This document shows, one piece after another, positions 34,363 through 44,448 of a DNA stretch of 51,515 bases. The stretch is from Macrostomum lignano (lineage: Eukaryota): contig NIVC01003241.1 of the NCBI GenBank assembly GCA_002269645.1, positions 1 to 51,515 on the forward strand, read 5' to 3'. How positions within the stretch are numbered: the first letter of the stretch is position 1; each line of letters starts with the position of its first letter. Position numbers and translations under genes: made by a program. The notes beneath the pieces are model-generated. The model was given only the letters and a program-made list of their open reading frames with translations. It did no database searches and was not told the origin of the DNA.

Positions 34363-36848
34363 ATGCCCAACGTATTTGCCACTGTCGGCACAACTTCTTT
34401 CGACGCTTTAATCCGCCGATTAGATTCTCCGGAATTGCATAAAATCCTCTGCGACCAGCTGGGCTATCACGGCTTAGTTATGCAAATAGGTCGAGGCGAT
34501 TACGAACCTGTAGCTCACACTGCTCGGGATTACCCATTAGAGGGTCGGTTCTCCGTTAGTTACTATCGATTTAAGCCGTCCCTGGCTGCCGATATCGCCG
34601 CCGCAGGATTAGTAATTAGCCACGCCGGAGCTGGCAGCGTGTTGGAGTCATTGAATGCCGGAAAACGTTTACTAGTTGTTGTCAACGACGATTTGATGCA
34701 TAATCATCAAACTGAACTGGCTCACCGGGTTGCTAGGCAAGTAATAAATTCAATTTCCATGTTTTGTAGCTTTGAATTGCAGTGGATTATGACCCCTTCG
34801 AAGACCCCCAACCGCCATAATATATGACCCCAACAATCATAGACTATGACCCCTAGCAGCCATAGACAATGACTCCCAACAGCCATAGACAATTACCCCA
34901 ACAGCCATAGACTCCACTCTGACCCAAATTAGCATAGACTATGACCCACCAACAGCCATAGACTATGACCCCCTAACAGCCATAGACTATGACCCCAAAC
35001 AGCCATAGACTATGACCCCCCAACAGCCATAGACAATTACCTCAATAGCCATAGACTATGACCCCCAACAGCCATAGACTCCACTCTGACCCAAATTAGC
35101 ATAGACTATGACCCACCAACAGCCATAGACTATGACCCCCTAACAGCCATAGACTATGACCCCCAACAGCCATAGACTATGACCCCCCAACAGCCATAGA
35201 CAATTACCTCAATAGCCATAGACTATGACCCCCAACAGCCATAGACTATGACCCCTAAAAGCCATAGACAATTACTCCAGCAGCCATAGACTATGACCCC
35301 AAAAAGCCATAAATCATGACCCAAACAGCCATAGACTATGACCCCCAACAGCCATAGACTATGACCCCTAACAGCCATAGACAATTACTCCTAACAGCCA
35401 TAGACAATTACTCCTAACAGTCATAGACAATGACCCCAACAGCCATAGACTATGACCCCCTAACAGTCATAGACAATTACCCAGCAGCCATAGACTATGA
35501 CCCCTAACAGCTATAGACTATGACCCTTAAAAGCCATAAATCATGACCCAAACAGCCATAGCCATAGGTTATGGCCTCAACAGCCAGACTATGACCACAA
35601 CAGCCATAGACAAATACTATGACCCCAACAGCCATAGACAAATACCCCCAACAGCCATAGATAATTACTCCTAACAGCCATAGACAATTACCCCTAACAG
35701 CCATAGACTATGACCCCCCTAACAGTCATAGACAATTACCCCAACAGCCATAGACTATGACCCCCTAACAGTCATAGACTATGACCCCCAACAGCCATAG
35801 ACAATTACCCCAGCAGCCATAGAGTATGACCCCTAACAGCTATAGACTATGACCCCTAAAAGCCATAAATCATGACCCAAACAGCCATAGGTTATGGCCT
35901 CAACAGCCAGACTATGACCACAACAGCCATAGACAAATACTATGACCCCAACAGCCATAGACAAATACCCCCAACAGCCATAGATAATTACTCCTAACAG
36001 CCATAGACAATTACCCCTAACAGCCATAGACTATGACCCCCCTAACAGTCATAGACAATTACCCCAACAGCCATAGACTATGACCCCCTAACAGCCATAG
36101 ACTATGACCCCTAACAGCTATAGACTATGACCCCTAAAAGCCATAAATCATGACCCAAACAGCCATAGGTTATGGCCTCAACAGCCAGACTATGACCACA
36201 ACAGCCATAGACAAATACCCCCAACAGCCATAGATAATTACTCCTAACAGCCATAAACAATTACCCCTAACAGCCATAGACTATGACCCCCCTAACAGTC
36301 ATAGACAATTACCCCAACAGCCATAGACTATGACCCCCTAACAGTCATAGACTATGACCCCCAACAGCCATAGACAATTACCCCAGCAGCCATAGAGTAT
36401 GACCCCTAACAGCCATAGACTATGACCCCTAACAGCTATAGACTATGACCCCTAAAAGCCATAAATCATGACCCAAACAGCCATAGGTTATGGCCTCAAC
36501 AGCCAGACTATGACCCCAACAGCCATATACAAATACCCCTAACAGCCATAGACAATTACCCCTAACAGCCATAGACAATTAACCCTAACAGCCATAGACA
36601 ATTAACCCTAACAGTCATAGACTATGACCCCTAACAGCCACGCCAACAAATATAATATAAAACTAATAAGTAATTAATGTGTCCCCTGTTCCAGAGACGG
36701 ACACCTGGACACAACGGTATGCGTCGACCTTGAAGACGCCCTTAAACGCCTGACCCCCGTAAGCCAGTTGAAACCGTTTCCTCGAGGCGAACCGGAGAAA
36801 TTCGCCAAATTCCTTGACAGCGTTATGGGATTCGGCGATGGGGATTAG
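34363..36848 (+). CDS. ALG13: UDP-N-acetylglucosamine transferase subunit ALG13, short form (exons 34363-34736 and 36695-36848; 175 aa; GC-AG intron)
   Basis: VFATVGTTSFDALI, VMQIGRG, YRFKPSL..DI..AGLVISHAGAGSVLE.L..GK.LLVVVN..LMHNHQTELA, then exon 2 DGHL..GEPEKFAKFLDSVMG. Confidence 0.95.
34815..36640. repeat. ~22-24-bp minisatellite (ccccaacagccatagactatgac) filling the ALG13 intron
   Basis: Direct tandem copies with higher-order duplications. Confidence 0.97.
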
Positions 36849-37254
36849 ACAGCGTCAGTTATTTTCATTGATAATTCTTTGCATCATTTTTTGCAAAAGT
36901 ACAATATATGTACTTTTAATCAATTAACAGTCGAATTGTAAAAGATCTTCGATCGCGTTGATATAATTTACAGACCAATATTGTACGTGTGTTATACTCG
37001 TAGCAATTTAGTGTATTACAATTACAAACCATTTTTAGTATATGGAAGTTAGCTCTCTTAAGTTAATAAGTTTCAATAAATACAAGTGCTGAGTTTTTCT
37101 GCTTGCGGCATTGTTGTCTTCTAAAAGATGCAAGATTTTGCTGCTTTAAAATTTCTTTTTCTAGTTTAAAAAACTCAAATTGTTAGCCTGAATTATTAAA
37201 TAGATTTCTGTATGACTAAATCGGGTTTGATTTAGTTCTCAAGTCTAGTTTCAG

Positions 37255-38165
37255 CCTCTACTTCAGGCTAGATTCAGGGTCTAGTTCAGGCTAGATTCAG
37301 GGTCTACTTCAGGCTAGATTCAGGGTCTAGTTCAGGCTAGATTCAGGGTCTACTTCAGGCTAGATTCAGGTAATACTTCAGGCTAGATTCAGGGTCTAGT
37401 TCAGGCTAGATTCAGGGTCTACTTCAGGCTAGATTCAGGTAATACTTCAGGCTAGATTCAGGGTCTACTTCAGGCTAGATTCAGGGTCTACTTCAGGCTA
37501 GATTCAGGGTCTACTTCAGGCTAGATTCAGGGTCTACTTCAGGCTAGATTCAGGGTCTAGTTCAGGCTAGATTCAGGGTCTACTTCAGGCTAGATTCAGG
37601 GTCTACTTCAGGCTAGATTCAGGGTCTACTTCAGGCTAGATTCAGGGTCTAGTTCAGGCTAGATTCAGGGTCTAGTTCAGGCTAGATTCAGGGTCTACTT
37701 CAGGCTAGATTCAGGGTCTACTTCAGGCTAGATTCAGGGTCTACTTCAGGCTAGATTCAGGGTCTAGTTCAGGCTAGTTTCAGGGTCTAGTTTAGGCTAG
37801 ATTCAGGGTCTACTTCAGGCTAGATTCAGGTCTACTTCAGGCTAGATTCAGGGTCTACTTCAGGCTATATTCTGGGTCTACTTCAGGCTAGATTCAGGGT
37901 CTACTTCAGGCTAGATTCAGGGTCTACTTCAGGCTAGATTCAGGGTCTACTTCAGGCTAGATTCAGGGTCTACTTCAGGCTAGATTCAGGGTCTACTTCA
38001 GGCTAGATTCAGGGTCTAGTTCAGGCTAGATTCAGGGTCTACTTCAGGCTAGATTCAGGGTCTAGTTCAGGCTAGATTCAGGGTCTACTTTAGGCTAGAT
38101 TCAGGGTCTACTTCAGGCTAGATTCAGGTAATACTTCAGAATAGATTCAGGGTCTACTTCAGGAA
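37255..38165. repeat. 23-bp minisatellite (ttcaggctagattcagggtctac), ~39 copies
   Basis: Highly homogeneous tandem copies. Confidence 0.97.
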
Positions 38166-38279
38166 AGATTTGATTTAGGCTTCAGAATAAATGGTTCAAT
38201 TTAAATTCATTCAGTACTTGTTGTTACACCAACCTTAGCTACAATCGCACATTCATCCATCATTGCATGCTAATAAGCC

Positions 38280-41200
38280 ATGTCTCTAAGCGAATACGAA
38301 CAGCGTCGTCTGAAAAATCTCGCCGAAAATCGGCGCATTCTTGGCGAACTCGGCGCTTTAAATTCGCCACCGAAACGATGGACAAAGCCTTCGATTTCTA
38401 AGCTGCCAACGGCTGCGGCGTCTAAGAAGCGGCAGTCTTTGATCTCTAATAATAAGAATCGCCGACAGTCTAACAAGCCGAAACCTGTCAGCCGATCATC
38501 TGATGCAGCCGGCGAGCCCGAAGCTGTCCAGGACGCCGATTCCGACGCCGTTTTAGCTCGCCGTTTGGCGGCTGAACTCGACGAAGCGCCCAGGCGGTCG
38601 AGTCGCAGGCTTGAGGGCCGGCCGGCGCCGCAGTACATTGGCCAGTGCGACGGCTACGGCAAAGACGACAGCGGCGAGGAGAACTGGGTGCCGTCGTCGG
38701 GTCGGCGCGGTCGCGGCTCTGACGACGATGATGATGAGTACGACAGCAAAGATGAGGACAGCGATGGCGAGGGCGGTGAGTAGTAGATGGAAGGCTGCTG
38801 AGGTGTCTTACATGCTATCTATTTGTGTGATTTTTAGCTAGTTTAGGCCTAGCTCGTATTTAGTGTGAATCTTACGGTGGGCGCTGTGCGTCTTGCAGTG
38901 GACTGGACTGAATCTTATACATGTGACTTAAAGTGAATATTTTAGTGACCTAGTGTGAATCTTATAGATCTGTAACCTAGTGTGAATCTTATAGATTTGT
39001 GACCTAGTGTGAATCTTATAGATTTGTGACCTAGTGTGAATCTTAGATTTGTGACCTAGTGTAAATCTTATATAATGATTTAGTTTGATTCTTATACTGA
39101 AATTAGGTGTGAATCTTATAGATGTGTGACCAGGTGTGAATCTTTTAGTGTGACCAGGTGTGAATCTTATAGTGTGACAAGGTTTGAATCTTATAGATGT
39201 GTGACCAGGTGTGAATCTTATAGTGTGACCAGGTTTGAATCTTATAGATGTGTGACCAGGTGTGAATCTTATAGTGTGACCAGGTGTGAATCTCACAAAT
39301 GTGTGACCAGGTGTGAATCTTATAGTGTGACCAGGTGTAAATCTCACAGATGTGTGACCAGGTGTGAATCTCACAAATGTGTGACCAGGTGTGAATCTAC
39401 AGTGTATGGACCAGTTTTGAATCGTTAAATTACACAGGTGTGAATCCTTCGCTAGTACAATAGTCTCTTTAATCCGCTGTCTCAACCCCCCCCCTCCGGC
39501 CCCCAGGCGGCAGTCGCCGAGCCCGCCGAGCAGCCGCTGCCAGCGGTAGCAGTGTATTCGACCGACCCAAGGTGGCCAAAAACCGGCCGAACATCTACGG
39601 CGCCATAGCCGGCGTTGCCGTGGGCACCCTGTTCGAGACTCGAATTGACGCCTGCCTAGCGGGACTGCACCGGCCAACGGTGGCCGGCATCCACGGCGGC
39701 ACGGACGGGGCCTACTCGATCGCCCTGTCCGGTGGCTACGAGGACGACATCGATCTGGGCAGCCATTTCACCTACACTGGCGAGGGCGGTCGCGATTTGA
39801 AAGGCACCAAATCGAATCCGAAAAATCTGCGCACAGCGCCGCAGACTAAGGATCAAGCTTTGAGCAGGAATAATGCCGCCCTGGTGCGCTCGGCCGAGAA
39901 TGGACAGTCTGTCCGAGTTATTCGGGGTTATAAGTTGCGCAGCGAGTTTGCCCCGCCTGAAGGCTATTATAGGTGAGGAATTATCCCGCCTGCTTGATTC
40001 TTCCCAGTTCCCAACTACATGATTTTATCTTTATCCCCAATTATCCCAACTATATGGTTCTTCCCATTATGCCCAATTATCCCAGCTACATGATGATTCT
40101 TTCCATAATCCTCATTCCCCAATTATCTTAACTGCTTGATTTTTCCCATTATCGCCAATTATCCCAGCTACATGATTTTTCCCATTATCCCCAATTATCC
40201 CAGCTACATGATTTTTCCCATTATCCCCAATTATCCCAGCTACATGATTTTTCCCATTATCCCCAATTATCCCAGCTACATGATTCTTCCCATTATCGCC
40301 AATTATCCCAGCTACATGATTCTTCCCATTATCGCCAATTATCCCAGCTACATGATTTTTCCCATTATCGCCAATTATCCCAGCTACATGATTCTTCCCA
40401 TTATCGCCAATTATCCCAGCTACATGATGATTCTTTCCATAATCCTCATTGCCCAATTATCTTAACTGCTTGATTCTTCCCATTATCGCCAATTATCCCA
40501 GCTACATGATTTTTCCCATTATCGCCAATTATCCCAGCTACATGATTTTTCCCATTATCCCCAATTATCCTAGCTACATGATTTTTCCCATTATCGCCAA
40601 TTATCCCAGCTACATGATTTTTCCCATTATCCCCAATTATCCCAGCTACATGATTTTTCCCATTATCCCCAATTATCCCAGCTACATGATTTTTCCCATT
40701 ATCGCCAATTATCCCAACTACATTGTTCTTTCCATTATGCCCAATTATCCCAACTATATGATTTTTCCCATTATTCCCAATTTATCCCAACTACATTATC
40801 CTTCCCGTATCTCCCCAATTATCCCATCATATTAGTTTCCCTTTCTTAACAATACATGTAAAGTATCTCATGAATGAGCAGAGCATTATTAAATCCCAAA
40901 TCGCAGATACGACGGTCTCTACAGAGTAGAGAAATGGTGGTACACCACCGGCATGGCGGGTTTCGGCGTCTACAAGTTTGCGTTCAAGCGCCTGCCAGAT
41001 CAGGCGCCGGCGCCATGGGAAGAAGCTGCGGCCGAACCGGTTGTGTACAACTTCCGGACAGACTATCGACCCGTAGAGGAGGAACCATCAGCTGCTGTCG
41101 CCACCGATGCCGACGAAAACACGGCTGTACCCCCAACCGATAATAATGCTACTACTAATAGTAGCTGCGTCCAAGAAGAGGAATCGTCAAAGAAAACTGA

Positions 41201-42650
41201 CGAGAAACGACGGGGTCGTAAAAAGAAATCGACAAGTAAAACAAATGACGCCGGATTGGCGGTCCCTGGCGGGGCTCCAGTTGAATTGGACTACGAAGCC
41301 GTGTTGTCCGGCCAGATTGACGTTGGCGGCGGGACTGCCGACTGCGAGGCTGATGGAAAGAAAAAATCCGGACAGAATGGTAAAATTATGAGGATTACGT
41401 CAGTTGGTCAGTGATAGTAGTAGCAGTTCACTGCAATTGCATAACAATTGGTTACCTAGCAGCATAGCAACAGGTTACCAAGCTGCATAGCAACGGGTTA
41501 CCTAGTTGCATAGCAACTGTTTACATAACTGCATAGCAACAGGTTACCAAGCTGCATAGCAACAGGTTACCAAGCTGCATAGCAACAGGTTACCAAGCGG
41601 CATAGCAACAGGTTACCAAGCGGCATAGCAACAGGTTACCAAGCTACATAGCAACGGGTTATCAAGCTGCATAGCAACTGTTTACATAACTGCTTAGAAA
41701 CAGGTTACCAAGCTGCATAGCAACGGGTTACCTAGTTGCATAGCAACTGTTTACATAACTGCATAGCAACAGGTTACCAAGCTGCATAGCAACAGGTTAC
41801 CAAGCTGCATAGCAACAGGTTACCAAGCGGCATAGCAACAGGTTACCAAGCTGCATAGCAACAGGTTACCAAGCTGCATAGCAACAGGTTACCAAGCGGC
41901 ATAGCAACAGGTTACCAAGCGGCATAGCAACAGGTTACCAAGCTACATAGCAACGGGTTATCAAGCTGCATAGCAACTGTTTACATAACTGCTTAGAAAC
42001 AAGTTACCAAGCGGCATAGCAACAGGTTACCAAGCTGCATAGCAACAGGTTACCAAGCGGCATAGCAACAGGTTACCAAGCTGCATAGCAACGGTTTACC
42101 TAGTTGCATAGCAATGGCTTTCCTAGTTGCATAGCAACGGGTTACCTAGTTGCATAGAAACGTTTTATCAAGCCGCATAGCAACTGTTTGCATAGCTGCA
42201 TAGCAACTGGTTACCCAGCAGCATAGAAATACCAATCAGGCAATACTGATCAGGTTCTTACACGCATAGCAACTTTAAAATTTAATTCAAGATCCCAACA
42301 ACGATCTCGAGCCGCCCGCCACCGCTGCCGCTGATGGCATCGCCGAGAAGAAGCGTCGCGGAGGTCGCAAATCGAAGGCAGCAGCAACAGCAGCAGTTCC
42401 CACAGAACCGTTGCCAAGCCAAGATTCAACTAGCAACGAGAAGAAGCTTGATGTAGAAAATGTGGATCCAATCACGATCTCTGCTGCTGCTGCAGATCAG
42501 CCAAATAAGAGACGCGGTCGAAAGTCGAAGTCTGTTGTTGAGGCTGCTTTTGTGGCTCCGCCGCCCCCGCCGCCTCCTCCTCCTCCACTAGAAGAAGCAG
42601 AATTCGTGTCTCCACCGAGGAAGCGATCGCGTTTCTACTTTGAAGATTAG
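38280..42650 (+). CDS. Stand-alone SRA/YDG domain protein with N-terminal CDCA7/WDR76-like helix (exons 38280-38775, 39507-39972, 40907-41379, 42292-42650; 597 aa)
   Basis: SRA: YGAIAGVAVGTLF..GLHRPTVAGIHG..GAYSIALSGGYEDDIDLG..FTYTGEGG..NNAAL..VRVIRG..YR|YDGLYRVEKWW..YKFAFKRL. Intron phases 1,2,1 give a continuous 1794-nt ORF. No UBL, Tudor, PHD, RING or SET domain is visible. Confidence 0.9.
38865..39440. repeat. 24-27-bp minisatellite (gtgtgaatcttatagtgtgaccag), SRA gene intron 1
   Basis: Direct tandem copies. Confidence 0.9.
39985..40835. repeat. 36-bp minisatellite (ttcccattatcgccaattatcccagctacatgattt), SRA gene intron 2
   Basis: Direct tandem copies. Confidence 0.95.
41440..42235. repeat. 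23-bp minisatellite (gcatagcaacaggttaccaagct), SRA gene intron 3
   Basis: Direct tandem copies. Confidence 0.95.
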
Positions 42651-42919
42651 ACACCTAAAATATGATTTTCGTCACAATGTTGACATTCGATTTCAAACAT
42701 GTAGTTGTTGTGACGATGTTCATAGTAACAGAATTTCCTCATCTTCATCTTCTCTCTCTATTCCTTCTCCTTTCCTGTCCTCTTAGTATAAGTAATAGCG
42801 ACAATATTGCCAGGATTGGCCATAGACATTTCACACCGCTGCCTTTTCGGTAGTTAAAGCGGACCTGTATAGACAGCGCTTATATCAGCCACCACCCGTA
42901 TAAAACGAAACGGTCACAA

Positions 42920-44060
42920 AAAGGGGCTGTTACCGTGTTTTTTACCGTTACGGTCACCAGTTACCATTTTTTACCGTATTTGTGACTGTTTAGTTCAGGG
43001 TCACCATGTGACTGTTCAATGTTACCGTACTTTGTGACCATTTTGTTTAGGGTCACATGTTACCGATCAATGTGACCGTATTTTGTGACCGTTTTGTTTA
43101 GGGTCACATGTTACCGATCAATGTGACCGTATTTTGTGACCGGTTTGCTTAGGGTAACCATGTGACTGTTCATAGTTACCGTATTTTGTGACCGTTTTGT
43201 TTAGGGTCACATGTTACCGATCAATGTGACCGTATTTTGTGACCGGTTTGCTTAGGGTAACCATGTGACTGTTCATAGTTACCGTATTTTGTGACCGTTT
43301 TGTTTAGGGTCACATGTTACCGATCAATGTGACCGTATTTTGTGACCGTTTTGTTTAGGGTCACATGTTACCGATCAATGTGACCGTATTTTGTGACCGG
43401 TTTGCTTAGGGTAACCATGTGACTGTTTATAGTTACCGTATTTTGTGACCGTTTTGTTTAGGGTCACATGTTACCGATCAATGTGACCGTATTTTGTGAC
43501 CGTTTTGTTTAGGGTCACATGTTACCGATCAATGTGACCGTATTTTGTGACCGTTTTGTTTAGGGTCACATGTTACCGATCAATGTGACCGTATTTTGTG
43601 ACCGTTTTGTTTAGGGTCACATGTTACCGATCAATGTGACCGTATTTTTTGACCGTTTTGTTTAGGGTCACATGTTACCGATCAATGTGACCGTATTTTT
43701 TGACCGTTTTGTTTAGGGTCACATGTTACCGATCAATGTGACCGTATTTTGTGACCGTTTTGTTTAGGGTCACATGTTACCGATCAATGTGACCGTATTT
43801 TGTGACCGTTTTGTTTAGGGTCACACGTTACCGTTCAATGTGACCGTATTTTGTGACCGTTTTGTTTAGGGTCACATGTTACCGATCAATGTGACCGTAT
43901 TTTGTGACCGTTTTGTTTAGGGTCACACGTTACCGATCAATGTGACCGTATTTTGTGACCGTTTGTTCAGGGTCACGTGTTACCGATCAATGTGACCGTA
44001 TTTTGTGACCGTTTGTTCAGGGTCACATGTTACCGTTCACTGTTACCGTATTTTGTGACC
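42920..44060. repeat. Left subterminal array, 51-bp unit (gtgaccgtattttgtgaccgttttgtttagggtcacatgttaccgatcaat), ~21 copies
   Basis: Period 51 (e.g. 43501 and 43552). Confidence 0.95.
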
Positions 44061-44448
44061 GTTTTGTTCTGTTGTGGAGTTTACTACTTGTCGCTTTCTA
44101 CCAACTGTTGTCGTCTTCATTGCATAATAGACTGCTACTACGTTGCTAAATTTGAGTGCGGCGTGACGCACGTGTTATTGTTGCCTGAATTTTTACTTTA
44201 CAATTTTACAGAGTAGCCTCTCCTGAAATAGGTCACATGGATACCCAGTTATATATAGTTAGGTATGGACACGTGATAGTTATGAATAGGGAAGCAAATT
44301 TATTACCTATGCCCAGGGATCCGTTCTCTTTCAAATCAGTATATAAGGAGAAGTGACGGTAACCCACGAAGCAACTGACTAATTTCTCATGAACGTTTGC
44401 CACTTTTGCAGAGGATAAGAATCATTATTAAGAACAAAAATCTCTATC

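Noticed and set aside
39507-41100. SRA domain as a bacterial or fungal contaminant or recent horizontal transfer
   Set aside because: Split by spliceosomal introns filled with host-type minisatellites and embedded among animal genes.
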